From the NCBI RefSeq assembly GCF_943787955.1, contig NZ_CALSOK010000012.1, forward strand, positions 2,619 to 66,618: DNA of 64,000 nt, read 5' to 3'. Position 1 is the stretch's first letter, and every line of letters starts with the position of its first letter. Shown in pieces: positions 39,953-50,186 of this stretch. The notes below the pieces were generated by a model. That model worked only from the letters and a program-made list of their open reading frames with translations, was not told the DNA's origin and ran no database searches. The translations under genes and the position numbers were made by a program. The DNA is from an uncultured Paraglaciecola sp. (GTDB lineage Bacteria > Pseudomonadota > Gammaproteobacteria > Enterobacterales > Alteromonadaceae).

Positions 39953-40798
39953 CTATATGGATTGATTGTCGTTGCCAAATTCACATTTAACTATGTTTTG
40001 CCAATCAACATTTTGATCACCCATAATAAAAAAATCAGGATTGATAACGCTTGTCCGCAAGTTGTAGCTCAGGGGAGCGAAATCATGTGCTAATATTTTG
40101 CCTCCGGCTTCGACCACTATGCATTGAGATGCACCCGTATCCCATTCCCCCGTTACGCCAAATCGTAAGAATACATCCGCTTTACCTTCAGCAATAAAAC
40201 AGGCTTTGAGAGAACAACTTCCTGCAGGCAAGGTTTGATAAACACGGTCTTCATTTAGGCTGGATATCACTTTTTCGCGAGGTTGCCTGCGGCTGATTGC
40301 AATAATCAGTGGGTCCTCGTTTGGTGCTTCTAAATTACGCACGAAAATTTGTTTGTTCTCTACTGGGCATTCTTTAAATGCGCCATGACCTTTCAAAGCA
40401 GAATACAACGTTTCACCTGTGGGCCAGTAAATGACACCCATAATAGGTACATTATTTTCTATCAAAGCAATGTTAACAGCAAAATCACCACTTCGGGCGA
40501 TGAACTCTTGAGTGCCATCAATAGGGTCGATAAGCCAATACCGTTCCCAAGTTTTACGAAGTGTTAGTGAGCCAATTTCAGTCTCTTCAGACATAATTGG
40601 AATGTCTGGTGTTTCCTTTTTTAACATATCCATAATGACTTCGTTGGCTTTGTAGTCTGCTGTAGTGACAGGAGAATCATCTTCTTTTTGAAAACTGGTA
40701 AAATCACCACTGTCGTATATTTCTAATACTACTTTACCTGCTTTGACTGCCGTCCTTTTGGCTATATCAAAAAGCTGTTGTGCATTTTCTGTTGGCAT
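39953..40798 (-). CDS. cysQ: 3'(2'),5'-bisphosphate nucleotidase
   Basis: SPVTTADY, MSEE, WLIDPIDGTQEF, WDTGASQC. The likely start ATG at 40798 overlaps the nudE stop (TAATG). Confidence 0.92.
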   Translation of the reverse strand: MPTENAQQLFDIAKRTAVKAGKVVLEIYDSGDFTSFQKEDDSPVTTADYKANEVIMDMLKKETPDIPIMSEETEIGSLTLRKTWERYWLIDPIDGTQEFIARSGDFAVNIALIENNVPIMGVIYWPTGETLYSALKGHGAFKECPVENKQIFVRNLEAPNEDPLIIAISRRQPREKVISSLNEDRVYQTLPAGSCSLKACFIAEGKADVFLRFGVTGEWDTGASQCIVVEAGGKILAHDFAPLSYNLRTSVINPDFFIMGDQNVDWQNIVKCEFGNDNQSI

Positions 40799-41361
40799 TA
40801 ACGGGACCTCTTCCATTTTTCAGCAAGTAACAATGCCGCGATACATCTAGCCTCTACAAAATCATCTCTGGCTAATAATGCATCTATGTTATGAATCGAC
40901 CATTTAACTACTTCTAGCGGTTCAGGCTCATCACCGGGTAGTACTTCAGGATATAAATTTTCTGCAATAAAAATGGTCATTTTGGCATCAAAAAATGCTG
41001 GGGCCATATTCACGCTATGCAATGGATGTAATATGTTTGTCCCAAAACCTATTTCTTCTTTTAATTCTCTGTTGGCGGCTACTTCTGCTGACTCACCGGG
41101 GTCTATTAACCCTTTGGGGAAGCCTAATTCGTAAGTATGAGTGCCTGCAGCATATTCTCTTACTAACAAAAATTCATCATCATTGATAAAAGGCACCACC
41201 ATTACAGCGCCTCTGCCACTGCCAGCCATGCGTTCAAAAATGCGAGTTTCGCCGTTTGAAAATTCTAAATCGACCTGCTCGATCTTAAACAGCCCGCTTT
41301 TGGCAACTATCTTACGAGAGTGAATTTGTGGAAGTGATTTTTTATTGTTTGTGTTGCTCAT
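40798..41361 (-). CDS. nudE: ADP compounds hydrolase (Nudix)
   Basis: REYAAGT, FPKGLIDPGE..AANRELKEEIG Nudix box, EGDEPEP-like motif. Confidence 0.93.
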   Translation of the reverse strand: MSNTNNKKSLPQIHSRKIVAKSGLFKIEQVDLEFSNGETRIFERMAGSGRGAVMVVPFINDDEFLLVREYAAGTHTYELGFPKGLIDPGESAEVAANRELKEEIGFGTNILHPLHSVNMAPAFFDAKMTIFIAENLYPEVLPGDEPEPLEVVKWSIHNIDALLARDDFVEARCIAALLLAEKWKRSR

Positions 41362-42081
41362 GAATTTTTCACGTTAATATAGTCGCTGATTTCGTCTGTT
41401 ACAAAAGTAAATTGAATTTTAAATCGATGAATTATTTAGTATTTTAAATATACCTGTTAAATAGAGGACATGCCACTTGTCAAAGCTTGCTTGGAAAGAT
41501 ATTCACACTGTGTTGCTTGATATGGACGGCACCTTACTCGACTTGCACTTCGATAATCATTTTTGGCTAGAACATATGCCCAAAAAATTAATGGAGAAAC
41601 ATGGCATGTCGTTATTAGCGGCCAAAGAGATGATGGCCATTGAGACTGAACAGGTCATGGGAACTTTGAGTTGGTATTGCTTAGATTTTTGGGCAGACAA
41701 ACTTGATGTCGATATTATGGGGGCTAAACGCGAGATGGAACACCTTATTAGTATACGTGAAGACAGCTTACCTTTTATTAATGCCTTAAAAACTTCAGGG
41801 CGAGACGTAATATTGGTCACTAATGCCCATCCTGACAGCTTATCATTAAAGGTAGAGCATACTCGACTAGACAACCATATCGACCAATTAATATCGACTC
41901 ACGAGTTCGCCGTCACCAAAGAATCGCAAGTTTTATGGCAAAAGCTTCAGGTAAAACTTGGTTTTAATCCGCAACACACACTATTTGTTGATGACAGTTT
42001 GGGCATACTAAAAGCGTAAGCGTCCGGTGATCCACGCCTAGCAGTCATCCATTATTCATTCGAAAATACTTCCTCACTGTA

Positions 42082-42390
42082 ATGGGAGGTATTATGAAGC
42101 ATAAAACACTAGATGAATGGCAGAAATTGATAAGCCAACAACAAACGAGTGGGTTAGCCATTGTTGATTTCTGTAAAGAGCACAGAGTTAGCACATCAAG
42201 TTTTTATAAATTTCGTGGGCGATTACAACAGCAAGTTAACCCGCCTCGTTTTGTAAAAGCTAGCAAGTCTGCTATCGACGCGACTATTCAACCATCAGTA
42301 TCTGTCAGATTGGGCGAGGTTTCGTTATCTTTTTCGACGTCTTGCGAGCCTGTTTGGTTGGCAAGTTTCGTTAAGGCACTGCAATCATGA
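42082..42390 (+). CDS. tnpA: IS66 TnpA
   Basis: Translation identical to 17537-17845. Confidence 0.88.
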   Translation: MGGIMKHKTLDEWQKLISQQQTSGLAIVDFCKEHRVSTSSFYKFRGRLQQQVNPPRFVKASKSAIDATIQPSVSVRLGEVSLSFSTSCEPVWLASFVKALQS

Positions 42391-42737
42391 GAATGTTCGT
42401 TGAGCCAGATGACATTTATTTGCACCTTGAGCATGTTGATTTTAGAAAGTCGATTAATGGCTTGCTGGCGATTATCGAAAGTGAATTAACATTAAACGCA
42501 TTCTCCGGTGCATTATTTATCTTCTGTAACAAAAAACAAGACAAACTCAAACTCTTATACTGGGATAAAACCGGGTTTGCATTATGGTACAAACGGTTGG
42601 AGAAACAACGCTTCAAATGGCCTAAGTGTGGCCAACTCAAACACACTAATTTGAGTGAGCAGCAGTTAACATGGTTGCTCGGTGGCTATGATGTCGTTGG
42701 ACATCGCAGCTTGGATTACACGGCCTCTGGGTTATAA
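42387..42737 (+). CDS. tnpB: IS66 TnpB
   Basis: Translation identical to 17842-18192. Confidence 0.93.
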   Translation: MRMFVEPDDIYLHLEHVDFRKSINGLLAIIESELTLNAFSGALFIFCNKKQDKLKLLYWDKTGFALWYKRLEKQRFKWPKCGQLKHTNLSEQQLTWLLGGYDVVGHRSLDYTASGL

Positions 42738-42814
42738 CGTACGATCATAAGTAGCATTTAACGATCACGTTTTAATCTAATTGAAAACAGTCACTTAGGG
42801 TTATAATAAGTGAC

Positions 42815-44311
42815 ATGAATAAAGCCCAACTACGCCAACAAATAGCCGAGCTTAGCAAGCAAGTTGAACGATTAGAAAGTCGCAATCAGTTTCTTGAAGA
42901 GCAGTTTCGTCTTGCCCAACAAAAACAATTTGGGGCGAGTAGCGAAGGTCACCCTGGTCAAGGTGAATTGTTTAATGAAGCAGAAGAGCTGGTTGCTGAA
43001 ACACCTGTCGAAAAAGAAGACATCAGCTACACACGCAATAAACCTAAGCGTAAACCATTACCAAAAACATTACCTCGTGAAGTGGTTATCCATGATATTG
43101 CACAGGAAGATAAAGTCTGTGCTTGCTGTAACAATGAATTGCACAAGATAGGTGAAGACAAGACTGAAAAGCTTGAATTCATCCCTGCTCAAGTTAAAGT
43201 GATAGAGCATGTTCGTCCTAAGTATGCGTGTCGTGTATGTGAAAAGGACGGCATTAGCAATCACATCAAACAAGCACCGGTGCCACCTTCAGTTATCCCT
43301 AAAGGTTATGCGACACCAAGCTTACTTAGTCAGGTAATCACCAGTAAATATCAATTTGGGTTGCCACTGTATCGTCAAGAAGCGATGTTCAAACAATACG
43401 GTATTGAACTGAGCCGCAAAACTATGGCCGATTGGATGTTGAGGTGCGCTGACTTGCTCACACCGCTATATGACCATTTACACGAATTGATACTTAAGCA
43501 AGGCGTCATTGCCGCTGATGAAACCACCTTAAAAGTCGTCAGCGAAGATAAAGCGAAATGCTATATGTGGGTGTATACCTCAGGCGCCGACTCACCTGAA
43601 GGGAAATTACCCAATACTGACATCCCAAATATCGTGCTGTACGACTATCAATCGAGTCGCGCGGGTCAATGTGCCGTGGATTATTTACAGGGTTACAACG
43701 GGTATCTACAAGTGGATGGCTATGCGGGTTACCACAAAACCCAAGCGACACTCGCAGGCTGTTGGGCCCATGCGAGACGTAAATTCGTTGAAGCCAAAAC
43801 CGCACAGGGCAAAAAATCTAGCGGCAGAGCCGATTGGGCACTTAACCATATTCAAAAGCTGTATCGTATTGAAACGCAAATAAAAGCGAGTGCACCTGAT
43901 AACAGGCGGAAAGTAAGGCAGGAAAAGAGCACTATATTGCTCAAACAGTTCGAAGCGTGGCTGATAAAATCAGAGTCGCAGGTATTGGCAAAAAGCAAAT
44001 TAGGCGAAGCCATCACCTACTGCTTAAATCAGTGGAGTAAACTCAACACTTACACCCAATATGGTCACCTGAACATCGATAATAACCGCGCTGAGCGCGC
44101 GATAAAACCCTTCGTCATAGGCAGAAAGAACTGGTTGTTTAGTCAAACGGCCAAAGGCGCTAAGGCCAGTGCCATACTGTACAGCATTATAGAAACTGCA
44201 AAGGCAAACGGACTAACGCCGTTCGACTATATGATGCATTTACTTGAACAAGTCTCGGTTCAAAACACCGATATCGAGCCACTGCTACCATGGCGATTTG
44301 CTAAAGACTAG
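42815..44311 (+). CDS. tnpC: IS66 transposase TnpC
   Basis: Translation identical to 18270-19766. Confidence 0.96.
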   Translation: MNKAQLRQQIAELSKQVERLESRNQFLEEQFRLAQQKQFGASSEGHPGQGELFNEAEELVAETPVEKEDISYTRNKPKRKPLPKTLPREVVIHDIAQEDKVCACCNNELHKIGEDKTEKLEFIPAQVKVIEHVRPKYACRVCEKDGISNHIKQAPVPPSVIPKGYATPSLLSQVITSKYQFGLPLYRQEAMFKQYGIELSRKTMADWMLRCADLLTPLYDHLHELILKQGVIAADETTLKVVSEDKAKCYMWVYTSGADSPEGKLPNTDIPNIVLYDYQSSRAGQCAVDYLQGYNGYLQVDGYAGYHKTQATLAGCWAHARRKFVEAKTAQGKKSSGRADWALNHIQKLYRIETQIKASAPDNRRKVRQEKSTILLKQFEAWLIKSESQVLAKSKLGEAITYCLNQWSKLNTYTQYGHLNIDNNRAERAIKPFVIGRKNWLFSQTAKGAKASAILYSIIETAKANGLTPFDYMMHLLEQVSVQNTDIEPLLPWRFAKD

Positions 44312-44559
44312 GTGGGATTGCCGGACGCTTACCTAAAAGCGGCTCAGGACTTCGGTATTAAACACCTTCTGGCTGTTAGCAACCCTGATAGTCAGCAACC
44401 TGTTAGAGAGATCAGCGAGTTTCCATCAATACAGGACTATCGTTATTTGCTGGACGATATAGAAGCGAACCCGTTTATTAATTGAATTGGGATTAGGACA
44501 AATTAATTAAACGCTCAATAACCATAAATCATAGTGATTGTAAAACTGTCTTAACTGTT

Positions 44560-45303
44560 TTAAAACTGAATCGGATAATATCCATCAGCATCAGCTTTAC
44601 CAAAAAACTGTGCGGCCTGATGTACTTCTTTTGGTAAGCTGGCTTCGGGTTTAAAGCGTCCTATAATTTTAAAGTTCATGTTGGCTGGAATAATTGTTTT
44701 AGCCGTCAAACCAAAACGGTTAGGTGGTTTAACATCGACCACTACACTGCCATTTTCACAGCTTAAGTTAGCATTAAAGTTACCTAAGTCAATCACGCCA
44801 GTGATGCCAGTAAAGTTAGCGTTTAACCATTGGCCTTTACCTGTAAATTTTTGACATCCAGCCTCATAGTCGACTTCATCTAGCTGCACCTTGAAACGTC
44901 CGTCAGCTTGCACGGGAATAGGTAATGGTAACAAACTGATCACTAAGTCGGTGGGTATGTAAGCCAGTAAGTTTTCTACTTCTAGATGCTGGCCTTTAAA
45001 ACTAATATATCCGTTTGCTGATATTTGTTCGACATCACGTATATTGCCGACTTTTAGCTGTGCGCTTATCTCGCCTAATAACAATGGGAAAAAAGAAAGT
45101 GTCCAGTTGACATCAGACACCGGCAAGCTATTTATTTGTGCTCTTTGCGCATGACCATTCCAAATGGTGCCCGATATGCCACCCACACTAATTCCTTTGG
45201 CCAGCTGAATTTTCGATAAAATATGGACTGCAGGTAAGTTAACAATTAAAAATACAAAATAAACCACAAGGCATAAGCTGCCCCATTTCAAAACTGACTT
45301 CAT
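44560..45303 (-). CDS. gspN: Type II secretion system protein N
   Basis: N-terminal TM, GTIWNG; last gene of the gsp operon. Confidence 0.85.
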   Translation of the reverse strand: MKSVLKWGSLCLVVYFVFLIVNLPAVHILSKIQLAKGISVGGISGTIWNGHAQRAQINSLPVSDVNWTLSFFPLLLGEISAQLKVGNIRDVEQISANGYISFKGQHLEVENLLAYIPTDLVISLLPLPIPVQADGRFKVQLDEVDYEAGCQKFTGKGQWLNANFTGITGVIDLGNFNANLSCENGSVVVDVKPPNRFGLTAKTIIPANMNFKIIGRFKPEASLPKEVHQAAQFFGKADADGYYPIQF

Positions 45304-45779
45304 GATTTCCCTAGTTTTAAACGACGAATTTTAACTTGCCCAGGCAAATCAGATGCTGTGATATCAATGTCTAATATGCTGACTCCCGTTTTTTCCATGG
45401 ACTGTAACCAACTCAGTATGTCATTAAAGGGGGCTTGATCAATCCAAACTTGTAATTCGTCACCTTGAGGTTGCATCCGAGAAATAGCAATTTTCATGCG
45501 GCTAGCTGATTGATTTACTGCTTGAGGCAAGGAACCAGAAAAGCGCGTGTTGTTGTCACCACTACTGCGCAGTTGAGCAGCTCGATTAGCATTTTTCTGT
45601 ACCCATGCAAGTAATTCTGTTTGATTGTTAACGGCGGATTGACCTCGCTCTAGTGAAGTATTTAATGGCGACCAAATACCCCAGTAAAATATCGCTACTA
45701 TTACTAACACCGCTGAAATAATCACTAAGCGTTGTTCACGCTCACTTAGTTGTAAAAATGTACTTTTTAGCTTGTCCAT
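45300..45779 (-). CDS. gspM: Type II secretion system protein M
   Basis: LSEREQRLV..YWGIWSP; position in the operon. Confidence 0.9.
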   Translation of the reverse strand: MDKLKSTFLQLSEREQRLVIISAVLVIVAIFYWGIWSPLNTSLERGQSAVNNQTELLAWVQKNANRAAQLRSSGDNNTRFSGSLPQAVNQSASRMKIAISRMQPQGDELQVWIDQAPFNDILSWLQSMEKTGVSILDIDITASDLPGQVKIRRLKLGKS

Positions 45780-45780
45780 A

Positions 45781-46989
45781 TTAACTCCTAATCGACAACG
45801 AGCCGATTACCTGATTGTCTTTTTGATTAATAGAGCCTTGCTCAACGGTAAACCCTTGGGCTTCTGCTTGACGCTTAAACTTGTCTAAGGCATCAAAATT
45901 ATTGGCAACAACTTGAATACGCAATTCTGCCCGACTACTGTCAAAGCGTATAGTTTGAGGTTTAACCTGAGATGCTGAAAATGCGGGCTCGAGTTGACTC
46001 AACATAATTAACATCGATGCACCACCACCACTTTGCTCTAAGGTTTTCATTTGGCGCGTCATGGTGGTTCTGAGATCGCGATATGCCCCTGCCTTAGGAA
46101 ATGCACGTTTGTATTCGCTACTAACCTGTGCCTTTAAAGTGGCTAGTTGCTCATTCAGTCGATTTTGCTCTAGGCTTTTATCAATCAAAGTGGTGAACAA
46201 TGCAACCACTGCCAAAACCGCGGCTAAACGCCATTTTTTCCATTGACCGCCAACTTTGTTGCTTATTTTGTATTCGCCTTGCAACAAGTTGAATGTCGCT
46301 GATTTCACCCCTTGTGCTAGCACCTTCATGGGTAATTCAAGAGGCATAACCGACACATCAAGATTCTTTATATTAGTCAAATTTGTAGCAGAATAGTCAT
46401 TAACTAAAAGTGCTTGTTCGGTGTGTTTAGCGTGTTGTCGAGCCAGATGGTTAATGGCTTGGATTAGCCAGTCTCTCTCACCCTGTAAGCCTGCCCAATC
46501 ATCTTTGCGGACCAACAGCTGCTCACCCAACGCTAAGATAGACCACGCATTTTTATCTGCTAATGGCAAAGCTAAAACGTCGGGTATGAGTTGATCGCAG
46601 GCTAATCCAGCCTGTTCAATTATACTCAGCCAACTTATTAGTTTTTCTTTGTTTACTACGGCGACTGCCTGCTTATTTCCATCTTTTGGGCCAAAGGCAA
46701 AAAATTGCTGAGAAATATCGCCACTTATTTCTTCTTCTAAGATAAACGGAATAGCGGCTAAGGCTTTACGTCCAGCTTTAGGGGGTAACTCCACCCATTT
46801 AAGTAAAATGTCGCTGGTGGGCACTAAGGCACAAATCGGTCTTCTACCCGCCCTGTCTGCTAAAGTGGCCAATTGAGCCGCATCTGGCAATTCACCAGAG
46901 GCAATAATGTCGTTTTGTTGGCTAGACCACACAATCCAATGAATCGGTTCATCTGGATTGGCACCTAGGCGCACTACTAACTGTTCCAT
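45781..46989 (-). CDS. gspL: Type II secretion system protein L
   Basis: AIPFILEEEI, IPDVLALP, FNLLQGEY. Confidence 0.92.
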   Translation of the reverse strand: MEQLVVRLGANPDEPIHWIVWSSQQNDIIASGELPDAAQLATLADRAGRRPICALVPTSDILLKWVELPPKAGRKALAAIPFILEEEISGDISQQFFAFGPKDGNKQAVAVVNKEKLISWLSIIEQAGLACDQLIPDVLALPLADKNAWSILALGEQLLVRKDDWAGLQGERDWLIQAINHLARQHAKHTEQALLVNDYSATNLTNIKNLDVSVMPLELPMKVLAQGVKSATFNLLQGEYKISNKVGGQWKKWRLAAVLAVVALFTTLIDKSLEQNRLNEQLATLKAQVSSEYKRAFPKAGAYRDLRTTMTRQMKTLEQSGGGASMLIMLSQLEPAFSASQVKPQTIRFDSSRAELRIQVVANNFDALDKFKRQAEAQGFTVEQGSINQKDNQVIGSLSIRS

Positions 46990-47067
46990 AAGGTCTATAT
47001 ACCTTGTTGCTTATAATGGATTAAAAAAGCTATTTTGTTAAAAGCCAGCTCGTTAAAAACTAGTCTG

Positions 47068-48054
47068 TTAAAAGCCACTAAAGTCACGCCTGATGATACT
47101 GACATTATTACTTGGGTCGACCTTAAACAAGGTTTGCATAGCAAAAGTAGCATCATTGTACTGGGCCTTAGTGTGTAAAATAAAATGGAATGTTTTTACT
47201 TTTAAGCGTTTTTGTTTATCACTGCTCAGTTTCAAGGCTTGGATACTGGGTAAAGCCAAAAAGCTTGCGACATCTTTAAACCCCTCAGGATCTCGACTGG
47301 CCAGTACGGAATTAGTGTCAGATAAACTGAGTCCAGTCGCGGCAGCAAGAACGGCAGCGTTTTCTTCGCTTACCGTGTTGACGTTAATTTCAAATAAATT
47401 ATTATTGGGTAGCACACACGCTAATTCTAATAATTCTCTCAGCCAAGTCATTTCTACTCCGTTAATCAAACGCAATTCTGACTTATCAACCATATAGTTA
47501 TTAGCTGCAATATAGGGGAATTGACGACTTTCGTATTCGCTGTCTTCGGCTCCAACATCCTGCGGGTTGTTGTCTGTGTCTAACCAATCAACAAGTGAGT
47601 CTCGCACTAAATCACGGTTATAACTAGGGATCTCTGGTTCAATATTATCTAATAAGTCCATAAAAGCCTCTTTCCGAGCAGCCAGCAAAGATGTACCGCC
47701 TTCCCCAGAAGTAGCAACCTTTAACGCATTCAGATTAAAACAGCTTTGCATATCAATTAGCTGTGCTTGAATGCCTCCACCTTCAATAGGGTAGATAAAC
47801 TCTTGATTCCATGGCTGTTCAAGGTGAATAACCTCACCATCTTCTTCCATCAGTTTTTGAATGGATTTTCGCGCATATTGCTCAGCGCCCATGGCATACC
47901 AATAGGCCTGATTGTTGTCTTTTATGTTGGAGGAACGTTTAATTTGTAACTGTAAACGGCCACCCATTTCTGTCGCCAGTACACTTACAATAGCCACAAT
48001 TAATAACACTATGATTAAGGCAACCCCTTGCTGCTTGGGTTTAATATATATCAT
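47068..48054 (-). CDS. gspK: Type II secretion minor pseudopilin K
   Basis: QQGVALIIVLL, DMQSCFNLNAL, INVNT. Confidence 0.93.
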   Translation of the reverse strand: MIYIKPKQQGVALIIVLLIVAIVSVLATEMGGRLQLQIKRSSNIKDNNQAYWYAMGAEQYARKSIQKLMEEDGEVIHLEQPWNQEFIYPIEGGGIQAQLIDMQSCFNLNALKVATSGEGGTSLLAARKEAFMDLLDNIEPEIPSYNRDLVRDSLVDWLDTDNNPQDVGAEDSEYESRQFPYIAANNYMVDKSELRLINGVEMTWLRELLELACVLPNNNLFEINVNTVSEENAAVLAAATGLSLSDTNSVLASRDPEGFKDVASFLALPSIQALKLSSDKQKRLKVKTFHFILHTKAQYNDATFAMQTLFKVDPSNNVSIIRRDFSGF

Positions 48055-48683
48055 ATGCCATTGGCCAAGATAAATTCACGACGAATTTCACCAAAGGTTT
48101 TGCTGACTAAGGTAATAGAAATCGCAATAGGTATGTTTGCATTAGAGTAGCTTTCTTCCCATTCTTCAGGCTTTTCTAATTGCTCAACCTCAGTTAAAAA
48201 ACTGACTCGAAAATCTTCAATATCTGACAACAGGATTTTTATTTTAGGCTCGTAGCCAATCACGTTGTCTACATAATTGCCGTACAAACGTTGCAGTTGT
48301 TCTTCCTGTAAACGATAACCAATAGCTTGCAGTGTGCTGCGAGGTAACAACATTTGTGGGTTATGCCAGCCTGCTCGCACAAATCCAAGGCCGTCAGCAT
48401 CACTGTTTAGTACATCTTCGCCACCGGATATTACTGCACTTACTGGCTCGCCATTAACACGTAAAGCACGAGGCACAATCTGCAATATATCTCGTTCAAT
48501 AGTCAGCATGGCTCTTTGTAATTCTTCCAATTTAGCGAAGCGCTCAGAAGACAGTTGGTCGCTGTTAATTACCGAGTTAAGCACACCGGTACTCGCCAAG
48601 CCGATAAGTGTAAAAATCGCCATAGCCACCATTATTTCTATTAGGGTAAACCCGCGTCTATGACTATTTGGCATACTAATCAT
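48051..48683 (-). CDS. gspJ: Type II secretion minor pseudopilin J
   Basis: RGFTLIEIMVA prepilin motif, GWHNPQMLLPRS. Confidence 0.93.
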   Translation of the reverse strand: MISMPNSHRRGFTLIEIMVAMAIFTLIGLASTGVLNSVINSDQLSSERFAKLEELQRAMLTIERDILQIVPRALRVNGEPVSAVISGGEDVLNSDADGLGFVRAGWHNPQMLLPRSTLQAIGYRLQEEQLQRLYGNYVDNVIGYEPKIKILLSDIEDFRVSFLTEVEQLEKPEEWEESYSNANIPIAISITLVSKTFGEIRREFILANGI

Positions 48684-49084
48684 TTTGTTGTTTGCTTAGC
48701 GATAAAGGTACTTGCCGAGGTCACAGTGCCTTGGTATTGCTCGTCCAAGCCAACAGACACAAGCACTTGCACCATGTCATTATCGTTGGTTTTAGTGACT
48801 CGCTGTTGCCAGTACCATTTTTGGCCACCCATTTCTTGCTCGCCTTTCTGATTGTTTTTGACCGGCCAAGTCGTATCTATGTGAAGTTGTGTAAGGCGAT
48901 TGTTGGCAACCCAAGTGGCAAAGGTAATATCTTCAATTTGTGCAACCCCTGTCAGATGATCGCTTGCTGCCTTCATGATAGCAGTGCCTGTTAGCGCAAA
49001 AATGAACATCGCTATCAAGACTTCAAGCAAGGTCATCCCAGATAGGTATTTGACTTTTTTTGTATGTAGACTGTTAGGGCGCAT
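48680..49084 (-). CDS. gspI: Type II secretion minor pseudopilin I
   Basis: GMTLLEVLIA, ATWVANN. Confidence 0.92.
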   Translation of the reverse strand: MRPNSLHTKKVKYLSGMTLLEVLIAMFIFALTGTAIMKAASDHLTGVAQIEDITFATWVANNRLTQLHIDTTWPVKNNQKGEQEMGGQKWYWQQRVTKTNDNDMVQVLVSVGLDEQYQGTVTSASTFIAKQTTK

Positions 49085-49706
49085 CCAATGGCCCTTCGCT
49101 TGTCACAGGGGTGCTATCTTGGCCATCAATACGATAATAGGCAGCTAGCTCATTACCAAATTCAGGCTCGTAGGCTAGAGTGATTGAAAACGGTGTGATT
49201 TCGCCACTAGAAAAAATAAATATTTGTGGCGGATCGAGTTTTTTTTCTTCTTCTTCTTCACTACCTATTTCTACCCCGTCATTAGATACAGAAAGCTCCT
49301 CATCAAATACGTCGCTACTGAATAAACTGTCTTCGGTTTCCCAAGGTAGGTCTGTTAAAGACAACTCCAAGCTGAATAAGTCGGGTAATCTGTGCTCAGC
49401 AAAAGTGTCATCCTGTTCCAGCTTTTGCCATTCCTGCTCTTCATCTAGATACATAAAATAATAGCTGTTGTCATCATCTTCGACCCGCAAACCCAATTGC
49501 CTTTGGTTTAGCACCGCGAAGTCTGACGCCATGTTAAATACTACTTGTAAGCGTTGAGTTTGTTTTTTGAGCAATTCCTGTCCATTTTCGCCAGAATAAC
49601 CTAGTACCACTGCGCCTGTTGCCAACCCCATGATAAGCAACACCAACATCACCTCTAGTAGTGTAAAACCAGCATGTTTTGCAAAAGGTGTAGGGCGAAA
49701 TTTCAT
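49074..49706 (-). CDS. gspH: Type II secretion minor pseudopilin H
   Basis: GFTLLEVMLV, IFSSGEITPF. Confidence 0.92.
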   Translation of the reverse strand: MKFRPTPFAKHAGFTLLEVMLVLLIMGLATGAVVLGYSGENGQELLKKQTQRLQVVFNMASDFAVLNQRQLGLRVEDDDNSYYFMYLDEEQEWQKLEQDDTFAEHRLPDLFSLELSLTDLPWETEDSLFSSDVFDEELSVSNDGVEIGSEEEEEKKLDPPQIFIFSSGEITPFSITLAYEPEFGNELAAYYRIDGQDSTPVTSEGPLDAP

Positions 49707-49727
49707 GTTAGCTGGTAGTCAATTTAA

Positions 49728-50186
49728 TTAATTCAAGTAGTCGTTTAGATTCCAGTTACCAATATCATCTTCGGTGCCGGGCTCGCCGTCTGGGCCGTTA
49801 GAAAATATGTCAATCTGGCCTAGTTCACCTGGGCTAAGCAATTGGTACGGGTTGTTCCAAGGATCATTAGGTAGGCGCGTGATATAGCCATTTGCTCGGT
49901 AGTTACGAGGGATTGGGTCGACAGTTGGTTCGCTGACTAAGGCTTCTAAACCCTGCTCTGATGTGGGGAACACATTGTTGCTTAATTTATATTGGGTTAA
50001 CGCATTTTCTAAACTTTGGATATCAATGGCAGCGGTTTTAATTTGCGCTTCTTCTTGGTTGCCCAATATTTGCGGTGCAATCATGCCCGCCATAATACCG
50101 ATAATCAGCAATACCACCATGACTTCAATTAGGGTGAAGCCTTTGTTCTTTCGTTTGTTCTTGTTTAAAGAGTCAAGTTGTTTCAT
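49728..50186 (-). CDS. gspG: Type II secretion major pseudopilin G
   Basis: GFTLIEVMVV, FPTSEQGLEALV, LPNDPWNNPY, DDIGNW. Confidence 0.96.
   Translation of the reverse strand: MKQLDSLNKNKRKNKGFTLIEVMVVLLIIGIMAGMIAPQILGNQEEAQIKTAAIDIQSLENALTQYKLSNNVFPTSEQGLEALVSEPTVDPIPRNYRANGYITRLPNDPWNNPYQLLSPGELGQIDIFSNGPDGEPGTEDDIGNWNLNDYLN

Larger units (their letters stand above)
42016..44332 (+). mobile_element. IS66-family insertion sequence, copy 2 (2,317 bp)
   Basis: Same ends, length and ORF translations as copy 1; 8-bp TSD CTAAAAGC (42008-42015 and 44333-44340). Confidence 0.97.
41477..44485 (+). pseudogene. yrfG: GMP/IMP nucleotidase (HAD) interrupted by IS66
   Basis: VLLDMDGTLLD, LVTNAH, LFVDDS. 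After the IS the frame resumes AAQDFGIKHLLAVSNPDSQQP...ANPFIN, with TGA at 44483-44485. Confidence 0.92.
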
